Assembly (NCBI GenBank): GCA_049322915.1
Contig: JBMOPW010000034.1
Coordinates: 691,372 to 755,371 of the forward strand
Direction: 5' to 3'
Source of the DNA: Candidatus Zhuqueibacterota bacterium
GTDB taxonomy: Bacteria > Zhuqueibacterota > Zhuqueibacteria > Thermofontimicrobiales > Thermofontimicrobiaceae
DNA length: 64,000 nucleotides
The translations under genes and the position numbers were made by a program. The notes below the pieces were generated by a model. That model saw only the letters and a list, made by a program, of their open reading frames with translations, ran no database searches and was not told the DNA's origin. This document shows, piece by piece, positions 9,784-19,629 of the stretch. The number at the start of each line of letters is the position of its first letter. The first letter of the stretch is position 1.

Positions 9784-12513
9784 GTGAAAATTAAAGCCGC
9801 GACAGTTTGGTTTCATCTGTTCTTACTCATCATCGTTCTTAACGCTTCCGCCCGCGATAAAAAGCTGATTCAGGTCGATCTCGCCGGAAAATCTCATGAC
9901 GAGATCCACCGGCTTCTGGCATTGAACCTGGACGTGGTATCGCTGAACAGGGGAAATAACACCGTTGACTTCATCGTTCACGATGACAATTTAGCGCTCA
10001 TTCAATCCATGAATTTCCCCACTGTCACCAAAATTCCGAATCTATCCAATTATGAAACCGAGTTGCGGGACACCGGTTATCTGGACGATTTTCATACCTA
10101 CGAGCAGACGCTCGAGGCCATGCAGACCGTGGCGGACAATTACCCGGACATCGCCCAATTGAACAACATTGGCAGCAGTTGGGAAACGGAACAGGGCATT
10201 GCTGAGCGGTATATCTGGGCGCTCAAAATATCGGACTCTGTGGCGACCGAAGAAGCTGAGCCTGAAGTATTGATTGTGGGTTGCCACCATGCCCGGGAAA
10301 TCATCACCCCGGAGATTGTGCTTGCGCTGATGAATGTGCTGGTTGAAAATTACGGCAGCGATCCGTTCATCACCCATCTGATCGATCATCGCCAGATCTG
10401 GCTGGTGCCCATTGTCAACCCGGATGGCTACACCTATGTTCTGACAGAGGATTTATGGTGGCGGAAAAACCGGCGTAACAACGGCGACGGCAGCTATGGC
10501 GTGGATCTGAATCGCAACTACAGCTATCAATGGGGTTTGTTCGATAATTGGTACGTCAGTTCCAATACCAGCGATGATGTCTATCGTGGGCCGGCCCCGT
10601 TTTCCGAACCGGAACTGCTGGCTATCAAACAACTGATGGAATCCCATCATTTCCTGGTTGCGCTTTCATTTCATAGCTATGCCCAGGAAGTGCTGTATCC
10701 GTGGGGCTACCAGACAAGTTATACGCCGGATCATTCTGTTTTCTCGGCGCTGGCGGACTCCATAGCTCATTACAACGGCTACGGCAAAGGCACTTCATGG
10801 GAGGCGCTGGGCTCGTCCTATCTGACCAATGGAAGCTCTGAGGACTGGTTCTACGGCGATACCTCATCCAAAAATAAATGCTTTCAATTGACGCTCGAAG
10901 TTGGCACGTCTTTTCACCCGACGCCGGAGGAGGTGCCGGGACAGATCTCCGAAAATATCGGCCCATGTTTGTACGCAGCGTACGCAGTTGGCGAGGAGCC
11001 GCTCATTTACCACTCTCCCCTGCCGGATTGCGAGCACGACGGCCCCTACTCCGTCGTCGCCCGAATTACGCCGCCGGTCATTCTGACCAGTCCGGTTGAT
11101 CTGGATGAAACGGAGTTCACGGTGTACTTCAACGGCACAGGGCAGGCGCCATTCGATTCCGTTCACATGACCGCGACCGGAAATCCGGATGAGTACAGCG
11201 CTGAAATTCCTGGTATCCCCACTTCGGATATCATTTACTACTTCATCAGCGCGTCCGACGAATTGCACCGGACAGGCGCGGCGCCGCGCGGCGCTCCCAT
11301 GGCATGCTATTCGTTCAACACAGGGCTGGACACTCAGGCGCCGGTGATTACCCATACGCCGCTCCATCATTTCTCCGTTTACACCGAAGAGTTTGCTGTG
11401 AATGCGCAGGCGGATGACAATATCGGCATTGCCAGCGTCTGGCTTGTTTACAGGAAGAATGACGACGCGCCTGATAGCCTCGCCATGAACCCCACCGGTC
11501 TTGCGAACGAATACCAGGCCCGGATTAAAAATGACAATCCCCTGGTTGGCGATTACTACGATTACCGGATTATCGCAACTGACATTTCTGCGAATCGGAA
11601 CCAGACCTATCTGCCAGCAGTCGGCTACCATCGATTTTACCTGTTGAACAGCCTTCAGTACGATTTTGAACTGGAAGCATCATTCACAATGAACTCCGGC
11701 GACTGGCAATGGGGCATTCCCACATCCGGCCCGAATCAGGCCCATTCCGGCTCGAACGTATGGGCGACTAATTTGTCCGGGAATTATAACGACGCGACAG
11801 AATCCATTCTCGATACGCCGGAATTCGACCTGACCGGCCTGGACTCCACGCGCATCACCTTCTGGCACTGGTACGAGAACGAATACAGCAGCAAGGTGTA
11901 CTGGGATGGTGGGAATATCAAAATCTCCGTGAATGGCAGTGGTTTTCAGATCATCGAGCCGGAAGACGGCTACGACGGGATTGTGGACACGTACAACACA
12001 ATAATAGGTGGTGAACCCTGTTTCGGCGGCCCGGTGACAACCGGTAATTTCTGGCATCAGGAGACCATTGATCTCTCGCTGTACAAAGATCAACGCGTCA
12101 AACTCCGCTTCCATTTTGGGTCCGATCAGTACACAACAACCAACGGCTGGTACATTGACGATGTGGAAATTCTGTTCAAGTCTTCCACTGGTATTGAACA
12201 GGGACGGCCGAATACCGTGCAGTACGCCTTTGAGTTGGCTCAGAACTATCCCAACCCCTTCAATCCGGCTACGGAAATCAATTACAGCCTGGACCAACCG
12301 GGATTCGTTCGCCTGCGGATTTACAACGTTCTGGGACAGCATGTAGCAACCCTCGTCAGCGAGCCCAAAGCGACGGGGCGCCACCGCATTTTGTGGCATG
12401 GAACCGATGATAACAACGCCATCGTTTCCAGCGGAATTTACTTCTGCGAGTTACGAATTGAAGATAGGAGCGGTGACAGGGTTGCCATTAAAAAAATAGT
12501 AAAAATGGAATGA
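9784..12513 (+). CDS. M14 zinc carboxypeptidase (carboxypeptidase T-like) with accessory beta domains and FlgD/T9SS-like C-terminal domain
   Basis: HHARE, NPDG, WRKNR, GVDLNRNY, FHSY motifs; C-terminal LAQNYPNPFNP. Confidence 0.9.
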   Translation: MKIKAATVWFHLFLLIIVLNASARDKKLIQVDLAGKSHDEIHRLLALNLDVVSLNRGNNTVDFIVHDDNLALIQSMNFPTVTKIPNLSNYETELRDTGYLDDFHTYEQTLEAMQTVADNYPDIAQLNNIGSSWETEQGIAERYIWALKISDSVATEEAEPEVLIVGCHHAREIITPEIVLALMNVLVENYGSDPFITHLIDHRQIWLVPIVNPDGYTYVLTEDLWWRKNRRNNGDGSYGVDLNRNYSYQWGLFDNWYVSSNTSDDVYRGPAPFSEPELLAIKQLMESHHFLVALSFHSYAQEVLYPWGYQTSYTPDHSVFSALADSIAHYNGYGKGTSWEALGSSYLTNGSSEDWFYGDTSSKNKCFQLTLEVGTSFHPTPEEVPGQISENIGPCLYAAYAVGEEPLIYHSPLPDCEHDGPYSVVARITPPVILTSPVDLDETEFTVYFNGTGQAPFDSVHMTATGNPDEYSAEIPGIPTSDIIYYFISASDELHRTGAAPRGAPMACYSFNTGLDTQAPVITHTPLHHFSVYTEEFAVNAQADDNIGIASVWLVYRKNDDAPDSLAMNPTGLANEYQARIKNDNPLVGDYYDYRIIATDISANRNQTYLPAVGYHRFYLLNSLQYDFELEASFTMNSGDWQWGIPTSGPNQAHSGSNVWATNLSGNYNDATESILDTPEFDLTGLDSTRITFWHWYENEYSSKVYWDGGNIKISVNGSGFQIIEPEDGYDGIVDTYNTIIGGEPCFGGPVTTGNFWHQETIDLSLYKDQRVKLRFHFGSDQYTTTNGWYIDDVEILFKSSTGIEQGRPNTVQYAFELAQNYPNPFNPATEINYSLDQPGFVRLRIYNVLGQHVATLVSEPKATGRHRILWHGTDDNNAIVSSGIYFCELRIEDRSGDRVAIKKIVKME

Positions 12514-12996
12514 TGCTGAATTCACAGATTCCAGAGCCAGCGCGCGAATGGAAAATACAGACCGTCTGTGACTCTCGCGCGCTTTGTCTTCCATCCCGAG
12601 GCCGTGATGGATAAAGACTTCCGGCCAGATCCCGGCAACAGGGCTGCAATAACATTTTTGAAAGACTCCGGCGATCTGAGGTAATTGCTATCTCAATTGG
12701 TTGCTCCCACTGGTCGCAGAGAACCTCAGATGCTGATGATGAAAGCGGCACGATTTCTGCTGTACGTCAATGGATTCATACCAGTTCATGCCACGCATTC
12801 GCAGCGCATCAAAGGCCGACGTTGCAGCAGGTTGAAAATGAGACTGGTCTTTTTTTTAACTAACTTCATTTGATAATTTATAGTTAAATTGCATTAAACA
12901 GAAAAGATATTTGATTTTAATAGTGTTGAGCAACTTAATTCCTTTTAGAGTGAAAATTAATTTTTTGCAACGAATGTACATTTTTTGTTGATCGGC

Positions 12997-13025
12997 TTGA
13001 CATTCATAATTTATTTTTGTAAATT
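12997..13025 (+). promoter_or_regulatory. Sigma70-type promoter
   Basis: TTGACA-N17-TAAATT upstream of 13146. Confidence 0.55.
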
Positions 13026-13145
13026 TTCGAAAACATTAAAGGTAGACACCGAATTCAAAATGCATTTTCAGGGTGTCTTCGCTGAACTGAAGTCGATTAC
13101 TTCCCTGACTTAACGGATATTTGGGATTAAAGAGAAGTGTAATTT

Positions 13146-15197
13146 ATGAATATTGGACGCACGAACACACAGCACAGGATGGGGGCAACTATTATTCTGC
13201 TGATATTGTTGGCGACGTTGATGTTCAGTTGCCAAAACCGGGAATTGGCGCGGCTGCCGAACGACCGGCTGAAATTCAACATAGATGAGTTAGCGGATTC
13301 CTTCGAGGTGGCCGGTCCGGTCTATTCGCTGTCCATTGATAAAGCGACAGCGCTGGTGCGTCTTTCCGATTACAATTCGCGCGAATACACATCGTTTCCG
13401 TTGGATGTCTCGTTCGATCTGACCGGGCCCAATGAAACCCGGAGCGCTAAAAAACAGTGGCAGCTTAAAAGCCGTACCATCACGCTGCAGTACCTGCGCG
13501 ACTCCGCTGTTATTCAGGAGATCAGCGTATTGTGCGAGCGCGATAATTTGAAAATCCAGATCAGCCGAAAACTCCCATCACAACTTCACACCGGGGTGTA
13601 TTTGCTGCGCAACGACGAGCGGGGCATCGACGATGTGCAATGGACTCAATATTTTTCACCAGAACCGGATGATTATCTCAAGCCAAATCCCACGGTCGAT
13701 GCCCGCGTGGATCAGGACCAGCAATGGATATTTGTCCCGGCGCCGCTGAATCTCTCCTTCAAATCCGATGCCGGCTGGTTCAGCATTGGTCTGGCAGAAC
13801 TTCCCGACGCCCTGGTGTATGCTTTCAGGAACAATGCGTTGTGGCTGGATTATCCCTGGAAAAGCATGATCGCCTCATCAGCAGAGTTATTCAAATTCCC
13901 CGGCCTCATTTTCACGTTCAACGAAACACCCTGGCAGGCAGTAGGCCAGTATATCGATGAAGTGAATGCCAAATATCCCCCGAAAAAAGCAACAGAGTCG
14001 AACATTGATACAAAGTGGTGGCATCGTCCGCTGGTGTCAACGTGGGGAGAGCAGTTGTTGTACAGCTTCACTTTTGACAACGAAAATTTCAATGAAGGCT
14101 GGGTGAAAGATTACATTTCCCAACAGCAGCAATTATTGGATAGCATTCGATTCACGATTATCATCGAAGATAAATGGTCCCGCGCCTACGGCGATCCCTA
14201 TCCAGCCAGCCGTTTCAAGAATCTGCGGAGCCTCATCGATTGGTGCCATGATCATGGCCATAAAGTGATATTATTCTGGCGGTCCTGGAAGGTCGAGGCA
14301 AAATCACTGGCAATTGATTTGAGTATTTCCGACGGAGAATACGTGGATGCCACCCATCCGGCATTCGAAAGTTATGTGGACTCATGCTGCCAGGTGATGC
14401 TCGGCAACGGACAGAACGAGTTGAACGCGGACGGCCTGAAAATGGATCATCTGTTTTTAGTGCGCGATACCGAAACCGCTCACTATGCCAATCCCAATGC
14501 TGGAATGGGCTTGAAAGAGCTTCATCATTATCTGGCGACGTTCTACCAGCGCGCGAAACAATATAAACCGGATGCGCTCATCATTGGCTCTGCCATTGAT
14601 CCGCATTTTGCCGATGTGCAGGATATGGTTCGCATTGGCGATGACTGGGACAACAAAGTCCGGCGGGAAAAACGGGCGAGGATTATCACCGAGGCGCTGC
14701 CGGGGAAATTGCTCTGCGCTGACGCAGCAGCGATGTACAATAAAATTTGCCATTACCATTACGTCACCGCTTCGCTGTACGGCATTCCGGTCATCTGTTA
14801 TTCGAACAAATTTCAGGACGGCGATATCACCCCGCTCAGCCGGGAAATCATGCTTCAGCTTCTGAAATTCTCACAGAATAAACCGGCGGGAAAAGTGCAG
14901 TTTGTGGATTATGGTCATTGGCAAATCGTGGATGGCAGAAATGAAGTGTTGACGGAATCGACATTGTCCGGCAAAGGAATTATTCATTACGATAATGACA
15001 GCCGGGCCACGCTCTACTGCGCTGAGAACAGCGATTTGCATCTGGTTCTCGAGCGGCATCTGCTTTTGAAAATTCTGGATGCAGGGAAAAATTCAATTGA
15101 ATTCAGCGACCTGGGCCACGGCATTTACCGCATTCCGCATCTTCAGGAAGGCAGCAGCTACACTGTTCATATCCGGAAAATACCGGAATTGCGCTGA
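13146..15197 (+). CDS. Lipoprotein with glycoside hydrolase clan-D-like (GH27/31/36) TIM barrel
   Basis: Lipobox MFSC; IIEDKW, GLKMD (nucleophile-like) and RIGDD (acid/base-like) motifs. Confidence 0.65.
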   Translation: MNIGRTNTQHRMGATIILLILLATLMFSCQNRELARLPNDRLKFNIDELADSFEVAGPVYSLSIDKATALVRLSDYNSREYTSFPLDVSFDLTGPNETRSAKKQWQLKSRTITLQYLRDSAVIQEISVLCERDNLKIQISRKLPSQLHTGVYLLRNDERGIDDVQWTQYFSPEPDDYLKPNPTVDARVDQDQQWIFVPAPLNLSFKSDAGWFSIGLAELPDALVYAFRNNALWLDYPWKSMIASSAELFKFPGLIFTFNETPWQAVGQYIDEVNAKYPPKKATESNIDTKWWHRPLVSTWGEQLLYSFTFDNENFNEGWVKDYISQQQQLLDSIRFTIIIEDKWSRAYGDPYPASRFKNLRSLIDWCHDHGHKVILFWRSWKVEAKSLAIDLSISDGEYVDATHPAFESYVDSCCQVMLGNGQNELNADGLKMDHLFLVRDTETAHYANPNAGMGLKELHHYLATFYQRAKQYKPDALIIGSAIDPHFADVQDMVRIGDDWDNKVRREKRARIITEALPGKLLCADAAAMYNKICHYHYVTASLYGIPVICYSNKFQDGDITPLSREIMLQLLKFSQNKPAGKVQFVDYGHWQIVDGRNEVLTESTLSGKGIIHYDNDSRATLYCAENSDLHLVLERHLLLKILDAGKNSIEFSDLGHGIYRIPHLQEGSSYTVHIRKIPELR

Positions 15198-15246
15198 AAA
15201 ATCGCGGACAGACAGTTGCAGAAAAAAAGCATCGAGTCACACAAAC

Positions 15247-15279
15247 AAAGCCACGAGGCATTCGTCTTCGTGGCTTTTT
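15247..15279. terminator. Bidirectional intrinsic terminator
   Basis: AAAGCCACGAGG...CTTCGTGGCTTTTT between convergent genes. Confidence 0.75.
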
Positions 15280-15285
15280 CATTTC

Positions 15286-16872
15286 TCATCGGACGGCTGA
15301 CGGAATCAGCCGCACCAATCGCTGTTTCAGATTGCGCGGTCCCCACACGAATATGAATGCCACGTAAAGCAGAAGTGTCGCCGCGCCCACAATCGAGAGG
15401 CTCACCGTATGTTGCATGAATGCCGAATGAAATTTCGGCTCCAGGTACGGTTGAATCAGGCGATGAAAGAGAAGATAAATGACGACACCCACAATCAGGC
15501 TATTGACGCCCAATTTCAGCAAATCGAAAAGTATCTCCCGCGTGTTCAATTGCGGCCCGACCTCCTTTTTCAAAAAATGATACAGCAGCAGGCAACTGAA
15601 ACTGAATGTGATGGATGACGCCAGTGCAATTCCGCCATGCTTCAGCGCTGTTCTGACCAGCAGAAAATCCAGAAGGATATTGATGGACACCGAAAAAATA
15701 GCGATGTAGAGAGGGATTTTATTTTTCTGGTAAATGGAAAACAATCGCGAAAAGAAGGTGTTGACGCTCAAACCCAATAATCCAATGGAATAGCACCAAA
15801 ACGCGATGGCCGTGAGGTTGGTGCTGGCTGCGTCAAAAGAGCCGCGCTGATACACAATCGCGATGATTGGCTGAGCCATGACGACCATGTACGTGATGGT
15901 CGGTAAGATCATGGCAAAATTCAATTGAATGCCGAGGTGAATGCCCTGAATGAATTCTTCGTCCCTGACTTGCGCTTTTTTCTCGGTCAAATACGGAATG
16001 AGCGAGCGGCTGATGGCCAGACCGATAATCGCCACAGGCAGTTGGATGAGCCGTTGGGCGAACCAAAGGGAAGCGATGCTGCCGGCGATGAGATACGAGG
16101 CCAGAATCCGATCAACAATTTCGATCGATTTATCCAGGAACGATTTGAGGAAAATGAAACCACTCTCCCGGCCTACCACCCGAAACTCGGATTGCTTTAA
16201 GTCGATGCCGGGAAAAAAGCGCGCCTGTGTTTCCTTTCGAATGGACGGATGCCACAGGTATGGGATTTGAATGATCAATTCCAGCAGTCCGCCCAGGAGA
16301 AATCCGGCAGGCAAGGCGTATATCCCCAGGCTCGATTTGAATAAAATAATCCCCAGCATCACGCCGACGCTCATCATGGCTGGCGCCAGACTGTAAATTT
16401 TATTCATTTCAAAAAAGTTGAGCACGCTGCCCACAAACGCCGCCAGTCCGATGATGAACATGAACGGCAGAATCCAGTAGGTCATGGCGATGGCCTTGGG
16501 AAAAAAATCATCTTCCAGACCCGGAGCAATGGCTTTCACGATGAGCGGGGCAAAAAGATAGAGCAGGGCTAACAGCACCAGCAGGACAATGATCATCCCG
16601 TTCAAACAGGAAGAAAGCAGACGCCAGCCGGCAGCGTGCTTTCCCTGACTGAGCAATTTTTTGAAGGGCGGCATGAATGCCCGCTCGACCACATCCTCGC
16701 CCAGGAAATGCCGGAAGAATGTGGGAATGGTGAAGGCGATGACGAACAAATCCATGGCCCGGTGCGTGCCGTAGTATGCCGCAGTGATCAACTCCCGAAC
16801 AAAACCTAGTACCCGGGAGATAAACGTACCGGTCACAAGGTCCACTAAATTTTTCATTATTCGATTGGACAT
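15286..16872 (-). CDS. murJ: Lipid II flippase MurJ (MviN)
   Basis: SRVLGFVRE, RLIQLP, YQRGSF and GIALASS motifs; start moved to MSNR. Confidence 0.92.
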   Translation of the reverse strand: MSNRIMKNLVDLVTGTFISRVLGFVRELITAAYYGTHRAMDLFVIAFTIPTFFRHFLGEDVVERAFMPPFKKLLSQGKHAAGWRLLSSCLNGMIIVLLVLLALLYLFAPLIVKAIAPGLEDDFFPKAIAMTYWILPFMFIIGLAAFVGSVLNFFEMNKIYSLAPAMMSVGVMLGIILFKSSLGIYALPAGFLLGGLLELIIQIPYLWHPSIRKETQARFFPGIDLKQSEFRVVGRESGFIFLKSFLDKSIEIVDRILASYLIAGSIASLWFAQRLIQLPVAIIGLAISRSLIPYLTEKKAQVRDEEFIQGIHLGIQLNFAMILPTITYMVVMAQPIIAIVYQRGSFDAASTNLTAIAFWCYSIGLLGLSVNTFFSRLFSIYQKNKIPLYIAIFSVSINILLDFLLVRTALKHGGIALASSITFSFSCLLLYHFLKKEVGPQLNTREILFDLLKLGVNSLIVGVVIYLLFHRLIQPYLEPKFHSAFMQHTVSLSIVGAATLLLYVAFIFVWGPRNLKQRLVRLIPSAVR

Positions 16873-17119
16873 GAATACCCACTGCAATTGAATTTGCGAT
16901 TCAGGATGAACTGAGGCCGATGAATGACTCCGTTCGATGCACCTGAAATTCGCGTCGTTCACAGTGCATCGCTGATCTGATCGGCGCGCCAATATACAGT
17001 TTTTTTTATTCAGTTCAAAGAAAATTTTCAGTCATACCTTGCTCTCCAGCCTGCGCTACCCGGGATAGCATTGGTACCCGGCCGGCGGACAACGATTTGC
17101 CGCTTGCGCCAAATAATTC

Positions 17120-17148
17120 TTGACAAACATGTATTATATTCCTATATT
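17120..17148 (+). promoter_or_regulatory. Sigma70-type promoter
   Basis: TTGACA-N17-TATATT. Confidence 0.65.
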
Positions 17149-17245
17149 TTGAAAATTTTTTAAAAAATGAAATAATCATCCTAGTTCGGATGCTGGTTCG
17201 AAATTCCTGTTTCAGATTAAAAACACAGCGTCATGAGGGGGGTCT

Positions 17246-18145
17246 TTGTTCCATCAACCCAAAATTGGATTGGCACTCGGCGGCGGAGGCGCCCGCGGGT
17301 TTGCTCATCTCGGCGTGTTGCAGATACTCGAACGTGAAAAAGTGCCATTTCATCTGATTACCGGTTCGAGCGCCGGCGCGCTCGTGGGCAGCCTGTATGC
17401 TTTTCACCCGGATGCTGCGCTGGTGGAGAAAAAAATCCGTCACTATATCGCCAGCCCGGAATTCAAAAAGCTCGGCGTCAGCCATTTGATGAACAAGAAG
17501 GAGTCCGACAACACCGTGTTCTCGCAGGTTGTCACCTATCTCAAGGAAAGGATCATCATCAACCTTGCGCACAGTCGGACTTCTTTGCTGAACAACAAGC
17601 GGCTGTTCTCATCCTACGCGACCTTGCTGGATTGCCAGGACATCAAAAGGTCCGTGATTGAACTCGGCGTGGTGGCCGCGGATTTAATCAGCGGCCGCGA
17701 TATTCTCTTCACCTCCGGCGATCTCATCCGCGCGGTCACTGCGAGCAGTTCGCTGCCGGGATTTCTGCCGCCGATGAAGTACATGAATTATTTATTGCTG
17801 GATGGCTGTGTCACGCAGCCGGTTCCGGTGAGCGCAGCCCATTCCATGGGAGCGCAGGTGGTCATTGCCGTGGATGTCTCCCAGGATGTGCCGCCGCAGA
17901 ACGAATTCGACAACATCCTTGAAATAATGGCCAGAACCAACCTGATGACCAGTCAGACGCTCAACATGCTGCAATTGGAAAAAGCGGACGTTGTCATCAA
18001 GCCGGCCGTGGGAATGCATCACTGGTCTGAATTCGATAAGCTGGATTACTTCATCCAGCAGGGACAGAAAGCCGCACTGGCTGCTATTTCGAACATCAAA
18101 AAAGTGACGAGGCGTCGCTTTATAAAAATTTCTCAGAGATGGTAA
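17246..18145 (+). CDS. Patatin-like phospholipase (RssA/NTE family)
   Basis: GGGGARG, GSSAG and DG motifs. Confidence 0.92.
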   Translation: MFHQPKIGLALGGGGARGFAHLGVLQILEREKVPFHLITGSSAGALVGSLYAFHPDAALVEKKIRHYIASPEFKKLGVSHLMNKKESDNTVFSQVVTYLKERIIINLAHSRTSLLNNKRLFSSYATLLDCQDIKRSVIELGVVAADLISGRDILFTSGDLIRAVTASSSLPGFLPPMKYMNYLLLDGCVTQPVPVSAAHSMGAQVVIAVDVSQDVPPQNEFDNILEIMARTNLMTSQTLNMLQLEKADVVIKPAVGMHHWSEFDKLDYFIQQGQKAALAAISNIKKVTRRRFIKISQRW

Positions 18146-18388
18146 AATTCAATGCATTCTTAATACATACCCAATGATGCACTGACCTTTCGGGTCATCC
18201 CGGTCGGGACCGATATTTCATGGAAACCGAGCATGGCGCTTCTCTTGCGGAAGCACCATGCAAGTGAAAAAAAATCCCGACTCTCCTGTTCTTTGTCTCT
18301 GTAGCAACGACTGCAACACATGGGTGGGGACAATGGGCCAGTCGCATCATTTGGGCATCCAATCATTCCATAGTTAAGGGAGAATTAC

Positions 18389-19231
18389 ATGTACAAAAAA
18401 TTCTTTGCAATCATCGCGATCATTTTCCTGGTTGGCTGTTCAAGCAGCTACAAGTTGCAGTACAAAGGGGCTCCGGGCGACATGCACCAATATAAAATCG
18501 ATACGAATATGGACATGTCCATGGAAATGATGGGCAACGAAATGAATTTCACAACCCAGGTGCTCAATCTCATTTCCCAGAAAATCAATCAGGTCGACAA
18601 CGAAGGCAACCTCACGGTCAGTTTCATGTATGATTCCCTCAGTTTTTCTTCCAACAGTCCGCAGATGGCCCAGGCGCAATCCATGGTCGATGAAATGTTC
18701 AAAAAGGTCAAAGGCACCGAGTTCAAATGCAGCATTTCCAAACATGGCAAAGTTCTGAACATCGCTGAAATGGATAGCCTGATTCCGGGACAATTCAAGC
18801 AGATGGTCAACCCACGCCAGACGTTCACCTCGATTTCACCGTTCCTTCCACTGACGCCGGTGAAGATTGGTGATACCTGGACGTCCGACGATGTGATTCC
18901 GGTGGAGAATAGTGGTCTCAACATGAAAGTGAATACGAAGAGCAATTTCACCCTCGTTGGGACGGAGAAGAGTGGTGAAAAAGAACTATTGAAAATCACC
19001 TACACGAATAAAATGCTAATCGAAGGTGAGGGCGAACAGATGGGAATGTCCATGACAATCGAAGGCGATGGCGAAGGAAAAGGGCATTTCCTCTTTGATA
19101 AGAAAGCTGGAATGATCTTCGGGGCTGAATCTGAAACCGAGATGGACCTCACCATCGCGGTGAGCGGCGCGCAAAATATGACCATGCCCATGACGCAATT
19201 CATCAAAGCAAAAGTCAGTCTGGTGAAATAA
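18389..19231 (+). CDS. Hypothetical beta-rich lipoprotein (DUF6263-like)
   Basis: Lipobox LVGC; PVKIGDTW motif. Confidence 0.7.
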   Translation: MYKKFFAIIAIIFLVGCSSSYKLQYKGAPGDMHQYKIDTNMDMSMEMMGNEMNFTTQVLNLISQKINQVDNEGNLTVSFMYDSLSFSSNSPQMAQAQSMVDEMFKKVKGTEFKCSISKHGKVLNIAEMDSLIPGQFKQMVNPRQTFTSISPFLPLTPVKIGDTWTSDDVIPVENSGLNMKVNTKSNFTLVGTEKSGEKELLKITYTNKMLIEGEGEQMGMSMTIEGDGEGKGHFLFDKKAGMIFGAESETEMDLTIAVSGAQNMTMPMTQFIKAKVSLVK

Positions 19232-19243
19232 CCATTTTCGAGA

Positions 19244-19288
19244 GACGCCTTTGAGCGACATAACTGCTTCAAAGGCGTCCTGTATTTT
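19244..19288 (+). terminator. Intrinsic terminator
   Basis: GACGCCTTTGA...TCAAAGGCGTC hairpin followed by a T-rich tail. Confidence 0.65.
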
Positions 19289-19629
19289 ATGGCCAATGCC
19301 ACCTGGTATCGTCAATAAAACCGACGGATTTTATGTTGGTTCGGTTCGTTCACAGTCAGATTATCAGGAAAGGCGCTCCTGTCCGCCCTGCTCTGTCCGT
19401 TCAACCTCCACCATCCTGAAGTTTGAATATCGCCATGAAAACAGCTTGCAATTCATTTATTAAATCATTACATTGTCCTGAATTTTGAACAAATCAGCCG
19501 CAGCTTTGTATCGCAGCGTTTGCTCTGGTGAACCCACTCGGTCCCAAATGGATTCGAGGCAACCGTGTTTTTCTCCCGGGCTTCAATGGATGATGTGTAC
19601 GGTTTTTCCCGAATGAAACAGTCACTTGC

